Below are positions 19,165 to 30,752 of a stretch of 64,000 nucleotides of DNA, piece by piece (positions within the stretch are counted from its first letter, which is position 1; each line of letters opens with the position of its first letter). The notes beneath the pieces are model-generated. The model ran no database searches and was not told where the DNA came from. It saw only the letters and a list, made by a program, of their open reading frames with translations. The stretch lies in assembly GCA_958295945.1 (NCBI GenBank), contig OY282386.1:3381126-3445125 (forward strand), written 5' to 3'. The position numbers and the translations under genes were made by a program. The DNA comes from Candidatus Poribacteria bacterium. GTDB lineage: Bacteria > Poribacteria > WGA-4E > WGA-3G.

Positions 19165-21489
19165 ATGAAAAAATCAGAACTTCGTGCATTAGCACAAACT
19201 TTATTTCTTCAACGTCCAGATGAAACCCGCAAGTTTGAAGAGCTGCTTATTGAACACTACCTTTTGAATGTCCGAATTCAAAACGCAATTGCACACACGG
19301 ATGTTGAAATCGTTTTCAGAAACCCAAATAATTCGTCAGTTGAGGGTGTTTTTATTATTCCACAACCTATACAAGAAAGAAACAAGAGGTATGAAGTCTG
19401 TATTGATAGAAAGGTGATTCCCATTAAACTGGCTAATGAGAAAAAACTAAAAGAGATATACGAAGTTGCCTTCCAGACTTCAGATACTGACATTTTAGAG
19501 TCAATTACATCTTCACACTTACAGACAAAGGTGTTAAAGATTCCTGCTGGAGGCGTATGTAGTGTTCAGGTAAGATATGATGAACACCTGAATTTTACTG
19601 ATGACAACATCACCTACACGCATCCTTTAGAAAGCAATCAGTCAGTTGGTAATTTTGAGATGTCCATAGTTATAGATAATGGAATTGGGATAAAAACTTT
19701 CAATTCCCTTTCACACGATGTCAAGATTGACCAAGAATCTGAAAGACTTGCCAGACTGACCTACCAAAGCAACAATGTCCAGTTAGACAAAGATTTTGTA
19801 TGTTCCTATATCTTGACTGAACATCCTCAAATAACTGCAGAACTAATCTGCTCTGAAGATTTTGGGTTTTCGAAGGAATTTGAACCAGATTTCTCCAGAG
19901 AACGTCTTGATGTTGTAATGGATTCTTCCGTTAAGGTGAAATCTTCCCCAGATCTAATAGAACAACGATTATCAAGTTCTATACCTCTTAATGCAAGAGG
20001 TATAGATAGACTTGAAGAACAATCTGTGTTGCGAAGACAAACCGTGTCAAGATTGGGATTAACCCCACCAAACGGAACTGCATATCACGATGTATACTTC
20101 AAAAGACATGGCACCAATCCTTTCATTGACACAGAAGATGACAAGTTTTCTACCTTTGCTATGGACACAGATTCTGCATCTTACGCAGTCATGCGTCGCT
20201 TTCTCCACGATGGCAATCTCCCACAACCAGAGTCTGTCAGAGTTGAGGAATTCATCAACGCGTTTGATTACAGCTATACCTCGCCAACGGAAGATGCATT
20301 TGCCGTTCACATCGAAGGGGCACCCTCAAAATTTGGAAATGGTAAAAGACTCCAATTAGTCCGTATCGGTATTCAAGGCAAAATCATAGAAGATACCGAC
20401 CGAAAGGATGCAAATCTAACATTTGTCATAGATGTATCCGGTTCAATGGGTATGGAAAATCGGTTAGAACTTGTGAAGAAAGCGTTGCGTCTCTTAGTGG
20501 AACAACTTGGTCCGAATGATAAGATAGGCATTGTTGTCTACGGCACAGATGCACGGGTTGTTCTGCCACATACAAGTGCAGTGAACCGAAAACATATTTT
20601 GAATGCAATTGATGCTTTATGTCCTGAAGGTGTCACCAATGTTGAAGATGGGATACACAAAGGATATGAACTTGCCAGTAAGAATGCAGAAAAGGGTTGT
20701 ATCAATCGTGTTATCTTATGCTCAGACGGCGTGGCAAACGAAGGGGTAACAAATCCCGATATGCTCCTCAAGGAAATCCGAGATTATGTGGATCAAGACG
20801 ATATTTACCTTACCACAGTCGGATTCGGCATGGGAAATTACAACGATGTCCTTATGGAGGAACTCGCTAAGAAAGGCAACGGAAATTATGCCTACGTTGA
20901 CACCCTCAAAGAAGCAAAACGAATCTTTGTGCAAAATCTCACTGGCACGCTTCAGGTTATTGCAAAGGATGCGAAAATTCAGGTGGAGTTTAACAAGGAT
21001 ACAGTCAGTCGGTTCCGATTGTTAGGATACGAGAACCGTCAGATGGAACACGAAGATTTCCGTAACGACGAAGCAGATGCAGGTGAAATCGGTTCGGGAC
21101 ACAGCGTTACCGCACTTTATGAAGTCAAACTCTGCAAGAATGTGGATAAAGGGAAACTTGCCACTGTCTCAATTCGGCATGAAGATCCTGACACAGCAGA
21201 GGTGACGGAAGTCAATGAAAAAATCAGCGTTGAAGACCTGAAAGATTCATTTGAAGATACTACACCGGATTTTCAGGTTGCTGCCTCAGTCGCACAATTC
21301 GCTGAAATCCTACGCGAAAGTTATTGGGCAAAGGATGGTAGTTTAGGTGCAGTGCAGCGAATTCTCAAAGGCATTCTACCTCAACTACAGTCCAATAATT
21401 CCGAAAGTGAAGAGCAGGAAAAAGAACTGTTCAAGCTTGTTCGGAAGGCACGACGTTTGATGGATTTGGAAGCGGTGCAGACAAGTTAA
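19165..21489 (+). CDS. VIT domain plus YfbK-like vWA fusion protein
   Basis: AAGGAG RBS before ATG 19165. N-terminal VIT-like region (FRNPNNSSVEGVF) and a C-terminal part closely paralogous to 14410..16188. Confidence 0.8.
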   Translation: MKKSELRALAQTLFLQRPDETRKFEELLIEHYLLNVRIQNAIAHTDVEIVFRNPNNSSVEGVFIIPQPIQERNKRYEVCIDRKVIPIKLANEKKLKEIYEVAFQTSDTDILESITSSHLQTKVLKIPAGGVCSVQVRYDEHLNFTDDNITYTHPLESNQSVGNFEMSIVIDNGIGIKTFNSLSHDVKIDQESERLARLTYQSNNVQLDKDFVCSYILTEHPQITAELICSEDFGFSKEFEPDFSRERLDVVMDSSVKVKSSPDLIEQRLSSSIPLNARGIDRLEEQSVLRRQTVSRLGLTPPNGTAYHDVYFKRHGTNPFIDTEDDKFSTFAMDTDSASYAVMRRFLHDGNLPQPESVRVEEFINAFDYSYTSPTEDAFAVHIEGAPSKFGNGKRLQLVRIGIQGKIIEDTDRKDANLTFVIDVSGSMGMENRLELVKKALRLLVEQLGPNDKIGIVVYGTDARVVLPHTSAVNRKHILNAIDALCPEGVTNVEDGIHKGYELASKNAEKGCINRVILCSDGVANEGVTNPDMLLKEIRDYVDQDDIYLTTVGFGMGNYNDVLMEELAKKGNGNYAYVDTLKEAKRIFVQNLTGTLQVIAKDAKIQVEFNKDTVSRFRLLGYENRQMEHEDFRNDEADAGEIGSGHSVTALYEVKLCKNVDKGKLATVSIRHEDPDTAEVTEVNEKISVEDLKDSFEDTTPDFQVAASVAQFAEILRESYWAKDGSLGAVQRILKGILPQLQSNNSESEEQEKELFKLVRKARRLMDLEAVQTS

Positions 21490-21545
21490 TTCTATTCTTA
21501 AAATTGACAAAGTCTTTCTGACAAACCTTACACACTCTAACTGTT

Positions 21546-21683
21546 TATAGTGAAATGTAAAAATACGTGCTCACTCCTCGGTAGATGCGGTTTCCTAACC
21601 GCATCTATGAGGCTGAACAAACACCGGTTCGGTTATGAAACCGAACCTACCGTAGTGTGTAAATAATTATGGTTTTTACTATA
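21546..21683. mobile_element. TATAGT...ACTATA MITE enclosing an inverted REP pair
   Basis: Ends are TATAGTGAAA and (reverse complement) TATAGTAAAA. Internal hairpins TAGATGCGGTT-TCCT-AACCGCATCTA and GGTTCGGTT-ATGA-AACCGAACC-TAC. Confidence 0.6.
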
Positions 21684-21688
21684 AGAAC

Positions 21689-21718
21689 TTGAAATCGTGT
21701 CACATATATTGGTATACT
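21689..21718 (+). promoter_or_regulatory. sigma70-type promoter
   Basis: TTGAAA-18 bp-TATACT with TG extension, upstream of GGAGG-ATG at 21757. Confidence 0.5.
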
Positions 21719-21756
21719 ATTAACACAACGTTTACACATTACAATGGAGGTCTCCA

Positions 21757-23967
21757 ATGAGAAAATTAAATTTCCTCACGACCATATTAATACTCCTCCT
21801 CGCGGGAGTAGTCCAATTTGCTGAGGCACAAGGCATAATAATCCGGACGGCTGGACGACGCGCTCCGCAAATTCAAAACCTAAGAATCGAAAAACATCAT
21901 GTGAACGTTTCTATTGACAACCAACTCGCAACAACGAAAATTGATCAGGTATTCGCCAATCCAAATAACATGCAACTGGAAGGCACATATCTCTTTCCAT
22001 TACAAGATGAAGTAGCCATTTCAAATTTTGTGCTATACATAGATGGAGAACCTGTCAAAGCTGAACTCCTTGCAAAAGCAGAGGCACGGAGTATCTATGA
22101 AGGGATTGTCCGTTCCATGCAAGACCCCGCACTGTTGGAGTATGTCGGCACTCGTGCATTTCAGGCAAGAGTGTTCCCAATTCCGCCAAACGGAGAAAGA
22201 CGCATCCAATTGGAATACTCTCAGGTAATTGGTGTAGATTCGGCATTAGCAAGATATACATATCCACTAAAAACCGACAAATTCACGAATTTTCCTGTTG
22301 GTAGTCTCTCTGTTTCAGTTGACCTAAAGAGCAAACATGAACTCAAGACAATCTATTCCCCCTCACATGAAGTCGCAGTCAATCGTCAGGACGATCATCG
22401 TGCGACAATCAGTTATGAAGGAAATAATGTTCATGTTATACGAGATTTTGCCTGCTACTATTCCCTATCCGATAAAGATTTTGGGATTGACCTAATTACC
22501 CATCGCGACGATCCAGATGAAGACGGCTTTTTCATGCTCCTAATCTCTCCAAAATATGAGATTGATAAGAAAAAGATAATTGAAAAAGACTTCATCTTTG
22601 TCCTTGACCGTTCTGGGAGCATGAAAGGACCGAAAATAGATCAAGCGAAAAAGGCACTCCGTTTTTGTGTAGAAAATCTAAACGATGGAGACCGATTTAA
22701 CCTCATCCTTTTCAATACAGATGTTGAACCGTTCGCTAAAGAATTAGTTTCAGTCCAAAAGGAACGCAAAAAAGCGCTTGAGTTTATTGATGATATTACA
22801 GGGACCGGCGGTACAAATATCAATGATGCCCTACTTGCTGCTATATCCGACACACCAGACACAAAACGACCGCGCATCGTAGTGTTCCTAACTGATGGAG
22901 AAGCAACTGTCGGGGTTACAGATGTTACACAAATTCTCAAGAATGTCTCTGGAAAAAATAGTGATAAATCACGCATCTTCGTTTTCGGTGTCGGATACGA
23001 TGTCAATGTCAATCTGCTTGACAAAATGGCTGAACAAAATGGTGGCACTCGTCAGTATGTAAAACCGCAAGAAGATATAGAAGTCGCTGTTTCATCTTTC
23101 TACACAAAGGTGAGTGAACCTATTCTTGTCAATTTGGATTTAGAGATAGAAAATATCAAAACCAAGAATCTCTATCCACATAAGTTACCACACCTGTTTC
23201 GCGGTTCTCAGTTGACTGTACTTGGCAGATATGTAGGCAGCGGAAAATCAGAACTGACATTGCATGGAGACATCAACGGAGAAAGAAAGGAATTCTCTAG
23301 TCCTGGAAAATTCCCAAAGAATGAGTCCGATCACCAGTTTCTCCCAAGGTTGTGGGCACAACGGAAGGTGGCATACCTTGTTGACGAAGTTAGGTTAAAC
23401 GGCGAAAATAAGGAATTGGAAGAGGAAATTGTTCGACTCAGCGAAAAGTACGGGATCATGACGCCTTACACGTCATTTCTTGTAACAGAAGAACAGAAAC
23501 AGAATCCAGTTTTAAGTCGCTCACAAAGAGGGAGATCAGATCTTTCTGCAAAAATGGCACGATCTGTTAGTGCTCGAAGTGCTCCACAGGCCAGTGAAAC
23601 AGGAGTGAGTGCTGATGTCGTACAATTTGAAATCGCACCAAGCGCAAGAGAAATGGTGGTTCTAGAAAGTATAGAGTTACAAAAACTCCAGAAAGGTGAG
23701 CAGTTAGCAGAAACGCCAATTACAATTAAGCAGGTGAAAAATAAAACCTTCCATCTTAAAGATGGTGTTTGGGTTGATACCACATATAAATCTGAGACAA
23801 AAACGACGAAGATTGAGTTCGGTACCGACGCATATTTTGATCTCCTAAAGAAAGAAGCTGATATCTCAAAATATCTGGCAATAGGAAAACATGTGATTGT
23901 TTCTTACAAGGGAAAAAGTTATGAAATCCATCCTGCAAAACAACCGAAGGATGAGGATTCTGACTAA
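21757..23967 (+). CDS. Exported VIT plus vWA protein (inter-alpha-trypsin inhibitor heavy chain-like)
   Basis: Signal peptide (AEA), VIT (EGTYLFPL, DPALLEY), MIDAS DRSGS, LTDG and TPYTSFLV motifs. Confidence 0.88.
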   Translation: MRKLNFLTTILILLLAGVVQFAEAQGIIIRTAGRRAPQIQNLRIEKHHVNVSIDNQLATTKIDQVFANPNNMQLEGTYLFPLQDEVAISNFVLYIDGEPVKAELLAKAEARSIYEGIVRSMQDPALLEYVGTRAFQARVFPIPPNGERRIQLEYSQVIGVDSALARYTYPLKTDKFTNFPVGSLSVSVDLKSKHELKTIYSPSHEVAVNRQDDHRATISYEGNNVHVIRDFACYYSLSDKDFGIDLITHRDDPDEDGFFMLLISPKYEIDKKKIIEKDFIFVLDRSGSMKGPKIDQAKKALRFCVENLNDGDRFNLILFNTDVEPFAKELVSVQKERKKALEFIDDITGTGGTNINDALLAAISDTPDTKRPRIVVFLTDGEATVGVTDVTQILKNVSGKNSDKSRIFVFGVGYDVNVNLLDKMAEQNGGTRQYVKPQEDIEVAVSSFYTKVSEPILVNLDLEIENIKTKNLYPHKLPHLFRGSQLTVLGRYVGSGKSELTLHGDINGERKEFSSPGKFPKNESDHQFLPRLWAQRKVAYLVDEVRLNGENKELEEEIVRLSEKYGIMTPYTSFLVTEEQKQNPVLSRSQRGRSDLSAKMARSVSARSAPQASETGVSADVVQFEIAPSAREMVVLESIELQKLQKGEQLAETPITIKQVKNKTFHLKDGVWVDTTYKSETKTTKIEFGTDAYFDLLKKEADISKYLAIGKHVIVSYKGKSYEIHPAKQPKDEDSD

Positions 23968-24623
23968 TTCCTTTGAATCGTGTAAAGGTTAACCTGTCTT
24001 TCCTTATTGTCTAAAGTAACAACGCAGGTGGATTTTTCAAAGGTAAATCCGTTTTTACGAATATCTTTGAAAAATCCACCTGCGTTTTTGCGATTCGGTT
24101 CAGAGAAAAGCGCAATGCCATCAGGTTTAAGATAGTTCTTCAGTAAATCAATGACGGGGTGCCAATTCTGTTCCTCATATATCACATCAGATGCAAGTAT
24201 GACATCAAACTGACTTTGAAAGCACGGTGTATTCCAATCCATCTGAACATAATCTGCAGAACGCATACCATTTTGCTGTGCATTGTGTTTCGCAAATACA
24301 ATGGCATCATATTCAAAATCTGAAAAAACCACCTCTGCTCCCACTTGGCTGGCAACTATTCCTGCAAGTCCAAAACCACAACCGATCTCAAGAATACGTT
24401 GTCCTGCAATTGTATTACCCAACTCAGACACGTGCCGTGCCAATCCTATAGCAGACTCCCACAGATATGTCCAGTAGGGAAGATACAATCTCCCATCACA
24501 ATCTTCACGACTCAATGTATCCAAGAATCGATCTGGATCATCAACAATCGTTAGCTTTATTTGTCTATCACCTATCTGAATTTTAGTGTCTGTTATGGGG
24601 TAATCAAACAAAAGGTTGTTCAT
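23964..24623 (-). CDS. Class I SAM-dependent methyltransferase (Methyltransf_16/METTL21-like)
   Basis: PYWTYLW, LEIGCGFG, DW and ASDVIY motifs. Confidence 0.85.
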   Translation of the reverse strand: MNNLLFDYPITDTKIQIGDRQIKLTIVDDPDRFLDTLSREDCDGRLYLPYWTYLWESAIGLARHVSELGNTIAGQRILEIGCGFGLAGIVASQVGAEVVFSDFEYDAIVFAKHNAQQNGMRSADYVQMDWNTPCFQSQFDVILASDVIYEEQNWHPVIDLLKNYLKPDGIALFSEPNRKNAGGFFKDIRKNGFTFEKSTCVVTLDNKERQVNLYTIQRN

Positions 24624-24698
24624 CTATATCATATACCTAATAGGAAATTATATCACTGTTTACTGCATTTTTCACCTACATCTGTATCTCTGAGATTA

Positions 24699-24810
24699 TA
24701 CCATTTCTAATAGAAAACGCCGCATTTTTGTACCACAAACTGCCAGTTTGTGCAGTCCTTCAAGACATTCTTAACAAATGCTAATGGGATATACATTTAT
24801 AGAAATGGTA
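24699..24810. mobile_element. 112-bp MITE, copy 1
   Basis: 11-bp TIR TACCATTTCTA/TAGAAATGGTA with TTA duplicated on both flanks. Confidence 0.9.
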
Positions 24811-24827
24811 TTACTTCCACTTTCTGC

Positions 24828-24856
24828 TTGACATCCATCATACAAACCATTAAAAT
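24828..24856 (+). promoter_or_regulatory. sigma70-type promoter for the sulfatase-dehydratase operon
   Basis: TTGACA-17 bp-TAAAAT. Confidence 0.65.
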
Positions 24857-24894
24857 AACATTAGTCAAACTGAACAGAGAGGAAAAACAGAGAT

Positions 24895-26253
24895 ATGCCA
24901 CAAACCGACAAAAATCAACCGAATGTCATCGTATTTTTCACTGACCAACAGAGATGGGACACATCAGGATTGCATGGCAACCCGCTTGACTTGATGCCGA
25001 ACTTTGACCGAATGGCACAGCAAGGCACACATGTCCGCCGCTCATTTACATGCCAACCCGTGTGTGGACCTGCCCGATCCTGCCTGCAAACTGGATTATA
25101 CGCCACAACAACTGGATGTCACCGAAACGGAATTCCACTATCGCCAAACCTAAAAACACTTGCACATCACTTCGGAGATGCAGGCTACAATACTGGATAC
25201 ATAGGCAAGTGGCATCTCCATACAGGTAGCACTGGTGCTGTTCCACAAGAAAATCGCGGGGGATACGATTATTGGTTAGCCTCCAATGTTTTGGAAATGA
25301 CTTCTGATGCATACCAAACAAGACTATTTGATAATGACGGTGAACCTGTTGACTTGCCCGGCTACCGTGTAGATGCGTTAACAGATGCTGTGATAAGGTA
25401 TGTGGACCGAAACAAAGACGATCCTTTCTATCTCTTTACATCTTACATTGAACCACATCACCAAAACCATCTTGACGATTATCCTCCGCCAGATGGCTAT
25501 AGAGAAAGGTATACGGGGAAATGGATTCCACCTGACCTTGCCGCTCTGGGTGGATCAACACACCAGCATTTAGGCGGCTACTACGGCATGGTGAAAAGAC
25601 TTGACGAAGCACTCGGTAGACTGTTGGACGCACTGAAAAGCTTGGACCTTCTTGACAATACCATTATCCTGTTTACCTCTGACCACGGATGCCATTTCAA
25701 GACTCGCAATAGTGAATATAAACGTTCTTGTCACGAAAGTTCTATACGCGTTCCGACTGCATTTCACGGCGCAGATTTCACAGGAGGTGGACAGGTCCAA
25801 CAACTTGTAAGTCTTGTTGACCTTCCTCCCACACTTCTGGATGCAGCAGGATTAGAAGTGCCTGATGAGATGCAAGGTCGTTCTATTCTTCCACTAATAC
25901 GTGGAGAAACAGACGATTGGCAAGAGGAGGTGTTTGTCCAAATTAGTGAAGCACAAATCGGACGGTCAGTGCGAACACAACGATGGAAATACTGTGTGGA
26001 TGCCCCCAAAGGAAGTGCTACTGGTGCTGGTTCTGATGTATATGTTGAACAATACCTCTATGATCTGCAAGCCGATCCGTATGAGTTACGAAATCTCATC
26101 GGATTGCGTTCACATGAAACAGTATCAGAGATGATGCGTGAAAGATTGATACGCAGAATGGTTGAAGCAGGGGAGGATGCACCGACTATTGAACCCGTAC
26201 CACAACAAGGTAGCGGACAACGCAGAGTTACGGAAGGAGAAGCGAGAAGTTAG
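24895..26253 (+). CDS. Cys-type sulfatase
   Basis: PNVIVFFTDQ, CGPAR, GKWH and SDHG motifs. Confidence 0.9.
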   Translation: MPQTDKNQPNVIVFFTDQQRWDTSGLHGNPLDLMPNFDRMAQQGTHVRRSFTCQPVCGPARSCLQTGLYATTTGCHRNGIPLSPNLKTLAHHFGDAGYNTGYIGKWHLHTGSTGAVPQENRGGYDYWLASNVLEMTSDAYQTRLFDNDGEPVDLPGYRVDALTDAVIRYVDRNKDDPFYLFTSYIEPHHQNHLDDYPPPDGYRERYTGKWIPPDLAALGGSTHQHLGGYYGMVKRLDEALGRLLDALKSLDLLDNTIILFTSDHGCHFKTRNSEYKRSCHESSIRVPTAFHGADFTGGGQVQQLVSLVDLPPTLLDAAGLEVPDEMQGRSILPLIRGETDDWQEEVFVQISEAQIGRSVRTQRWKYCVDAPKGSATGAGSDVYVEQYLYDLQADPYELRNLIGLRSHETVSEMMRERLIRRMVEAGEDAPTIEPVPQQGSGQRRVTEGEARS

Positions 26254-27399
26254 ATGAAAATCACAGATGTTATTACCCTTGTCATGGGAACAAGTTGGCG
26301 AAATCTGACCTTTGTAAAAGTTGAAACTGACGAAGGTTTAACAGGTATCAGTGAAGTGCGAATGAATAACCGTACAGACGCACTTGTGGCTTATATTGAC
26401 GGTGCCAAACGCAGGCACGTCATCGGAAGTGACCCGTTTAATACAGAAGACCTCTATCAACGCATGTTTCGCGACGACTATGGGCGCGCGGGTGAAATCG
26501 TTGCGACAGGCATAAGCGTCATTGAAATTGCGTGTTGGGATATTATCGGTAAAGCATTGAATCAACCGGTATATCGTCTGCTTGGGGGGGCTTGCCGTGA
26601 TAAAATCAAAGCGTATGCCAACGGTTGGTATCGTGTTGAACGCACACCAGAGGAGTTTCACGATGCCGCCAAAAAAGTGATAGAAAAAGGATATAAAGCA
26701 CTCAAATTTGATCCATTCGGAGCGGGGTATTATGAACTCTCCTATGAGGAAAAACTGAAAGCTGTTTCTCTTGTGGAAGCCGTGCGCGATGCAGTTGGAC
26801 CAGATGTTGAAATACTGGTTGAGATGCATGGACGCTTTAGTCCATACACAGCAATAGAAATCGCAACAGAATTGGAACAATTTAAACCGAGTTGGGTTGA
26901 AGAACCTGTGCCACCCGATAACATCGCAGCACTCGCAAAAGCATCCGATAGTATCAACCTACCAGTTGCCACAGGTGAGCGACTCCACAATAAATACGAG
27001 TATCGTGAATTGATTAACCTTCAAGCTGCAGACATCCTACAACCCGATATTACACAGACGGGAGGATTCTTAGAAACGAAGAAAATCGCTGCAATGGGAG
27101 ACATGTGTTATATGACTGTCGCACCACATAACGTCGGAGGTCCTGTATCTACTGCTTCCGCCTTGCACTTCGCCGCCTGCACCACGAACTTCAAAATACA
27201 GGAGCATTTCAACGATTTCTCTGAAGCATGGGTAAAAGAAGCAGCAACGGGCTGTCCCGAAGTCATTGATGGATACTTTAGCCTACCCAATGGTCCAGGT
27301 CTTGGAATGAAACTGAATGAGGATCTCATCGCGCAACACCCCTATCGCGAAGGTTCTTTCAACCTATGGGAAGACGATTGGCATAAACGCGAATATTAA
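26254..27399 (+). CDS. Mandelate racemase family dehydratase (galactonate dehydratase-like)
   Basis: WDIIGK, LLGG, KFDPF, EMHGR, EEP, GER, QPD and APHN motifs. Confidence 0.85.
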   Translation: MKITDVITLVMGTSWRNLTFVKVETDEGLTGISEVRMNNRTDALVAYIDGAKRRHVIGSDPFNTEDLYQRMFRDDYGRAGEIVATGISVIEIACWDIIGKALNQPVYRLLGGACRDKIKAYANGWYRVERTPEEFHDAAKKVIEKGYKALKFDPFGAGYYELSYEEKLKAVSLVEAVRDAVGPDVEILVEMHGRFSPYTAIEIATELEQFKPSWVEEPVPPDNIAALAKASDSINLPVATGERLHNKYEYRELINLQAADILQPDITQTGGFLETKKIAAMGDMCYMTVAPHNVGGPVSTASALHFAACTTNFKIQEHFNDFSEAWVKEAATGCPEVIDGYFSLPNGPGLGMKLNEDLIAQHPYREGSFNLWEDDWHKREY

Positions 27400-27453
27400 G
27401 TGCAAACAGTGAGTTTCATCTTGAACTTCAGATACATTTCCTGGTATCTGTAA

Positions 27454-27543
27454 TACCAAATTAACCTAAATCGTCCGGGCAGGGTTCCCCTGCCCGCCCG
27501 TGTTCTCAGCATCAAAAACAATACAGATCTCGTTAATTGGGTA
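27454..27543. mobile_element. 90-bp MITE with TACC...GGTA ends
   Basis: TIR TACCAAATTAAC vs TACCCAATTAAC (11/12), TAA on both flanks, internal GGGCAGGG/CCCTGCCC hairpin. Confidence 0.7.
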
Positions 27544-27618
27544 TAAAATATGGATCGCATGCATTACAACTCAAATATAAAAAATAACACTTGATTCAGA
27601 AAACACATAAGGTGAAAA

Positions 27619-28032
27619 ATGAGACATACGACAGAAATTGAACTTACAAATTTAGCAGACCTAACATTAGCAAATCAAGGTGTCATTGATTATAAAGATG
27701 TTAGACAGGTTACTGTTAAAGACGCACTCGTTGATACTGGTGCAACGCGGTTATCTTTACCGAAACCGATCATTGAACAACTCGGTTTGACACACTTTGG
27801 CACAGCAAAGGCGAAAACTTCTAACGGTATCGTTGATCGCATCATTTATTCCGAGGTCCGATTTACGATATTGGAAAGAGAAGGTTCTATTCCTGTCACA
27901 TATCTACCTGCTGATGCTCCGGTCCTTGTCGGACACATGGTCTTGGAACAACTTGATCTCTGTTTGGATATCAGGAAAGGACTCATCTATAATCCTGACC
28001 ATGATAACGAATGGATAGAAGAGTCTTGGTAA
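27619..28032 (+). CDS. Clan AA (retropepsin-like) aspartic protease
   Basis: ALVDTGAT catalytic motif and a downstream VLVG...LE.LD motif. Confidence 0.82.
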   Translation: MRHTTEIELTNLADLTLANQGVIDYKDVRQVTVKDALVDTGATRLSLPKPIIEQLGLTHFGTAKAKTSNGIVDRIIYSEVRFTILEREGSIPVTYLPADAPVLVGHMVLEQLDLCLDIRKGLIYNPDHDNEWIEESW

Positions 28033-28065
28033 CAACCAAAATCAACCTAAAATTAATCTATGTTA

Positions 28066-28177
28066 TACCATTTCTAATAGAAAACACCGCATTATTGTCC
28101 CACAAACTGCCAGTTTGTGCAGTCCTTCAAGAGATTCTTAACAAATGTTAATGGGGCAAACATTTATAGAAATGGTA
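28066..28177. mobile_element. 112-bp MITE, copy 2
   Basis: Same TIR as copy 1, TTA TSD. Confidence 0.9.
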
Positions 28178-28193
28178 TTACAACCCTACATAA

Positions 28194-29459
<1,266 letters not shown>

Positions 29460-29701
29460 GATATGCTGAAGTAATTATATACGTTCAAATAATGAGACTT
29501 AAATATTATCACTGTAACCTCAAATCCCAAAGAGTTCATCTGAACATTTTCTCATTGCCTTTTATAGGTACATTCATAAGTTTCAGGGTCAGAAAATTCA
29601 ATTCCGCACTTCCAAAGTAGACACAATTATTCATTTGCTAATCTTACGACTTCTGGTAGTTTTTCCCAGAATTCTTTTTTCTCCACTTCAGCTTCATATA
29701 A

Positions 29702-29813
29702 TACCATTTCTAATAGAAAACGCCCCATTTTTGTACCACAAACTGCCAGTTTGTGCAGTCCTTCAAGAGATTCTTAACAAATGTTAATGGGATAAACATT
29801 TATAGAAATGGTA
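29702..29813. mobile_element. 112-bp MITE, copy 3
   Basis: Same TIR as copy 1, TAA TSD. Confidence 0.9.
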
Positions 29814-30023
29814 TAATGCTGCGTCATATTCGGTATAACCAATTGTCAAGGTCCTTTAGTTTTAAGGATGTATCAACATGGAGATTTACTGAAAGTTAAT
29901 ACCGATAACGGCATTTAGCAGGAGTTAAGAAAACTCAAAACTAAATATCACTGTTAACCATTTGATAACGGGTATGTAAAGTTTTTGTCACTAACTTCTC
30001 ACCAACCATTGCAGAGACCCCGC

Positions 30024-30088
30024 ACTACAATAGATTACAGGTTTTTCACTTGAATTGACATCTACGGTGACAAAAACTTTAAACACCC
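30024..30088 (+). repeat. 65-bp direct repeat (internal right end), repeated at 31153-31217
   Basis: ACTACAATAGATTACAGG...GTGACAAAAACTTTA(A/C)ACACCC is nearly identical at both sites. Confidence 0.85.
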
Positions 30089-30254
30089 AGATTGACAGAG
30101 GTGTGTAAAGCTCTTAGAAAAATATTACATTAACCCTATAGTCTTGTTCGTATATTCGTAGCACATGCTGCCAGCTTGTGCATGCAAAACTATGCCAAAA
30201 AACCAGAAAAAGAATTAAAAGAATACAAATTTCGCTAAAATTGTAAAAAAATAC

Positions 30255-30283
30255 TTGACTCACGTTATTTATTCGGTTATAAT
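30255..30283 (+). promoter_or_regulatory. Near-consensus sigma70 promoter inside the composite element
   Basis: TTGACT-17 bp-TATAAT. Confidence 0.7.
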
Positions 30284-30320
30284 ACATGTCACATAGATTT
30301 TAATTTCAAAGCAGTAAATT

Positions 30321-30752
30321 ATGAAAACAAGACATTTTATGCAAAGAACAATGATTAACCTACAAGCAATCTCTTCATTACATAGAAACACATTACACAA
30401 AAGTGAGAATGCACAAACATTCAATATTAAACGCATTCACATAAACGCCAAACCCTTAGGCATCACACCACTTTTGACATTTAGAAACATTCTATCTGCA
30501 TTCGTCCAATGCTGGACAAGTATGATGCTCAGTCTACCAATCTCACACAACAAAAGACGAATAGTGAAAGTGTACAAAATAAAAATTTTTTGTTTTTTTA
30601 TAAATCCTTTACCAATCCTTATAGCAACTGCTCTGAAAGCACTAAAAAAAACTGTACAGATGTACGAAATAATGTACAATTTCTGTACAGTTTTGAGAAG
30701 CGAAAATTCCATAAAATTAGAAGGAAATCACAGAGAATATATTCTCAGATGA
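30321..30752 (+). CDS. Orphan ORF (143 aa), coding status uncertain
   Basis: ATG 37 bp after the promoter, but AT-rich, no clear RBS and no recognised motif. Confidence 0.3.
   Translation: MKTRHFMQRTMINLQAISSLHRNTLHKSENAQTFNIKRIHINAKPLGITPLLTFRNILSAFVQCWTSMMLSLPISHNKRRIVKVYKIKIFCFFINPLPILIATALKALKKTVQMYEIMYNFCTVLRSENSIKLEGNHREYILR

Noticed and set aside
24750-24944. 64-aa ORF before the sulfatase
   Set aside because: It starts inside the MITE and crosses the promoter.
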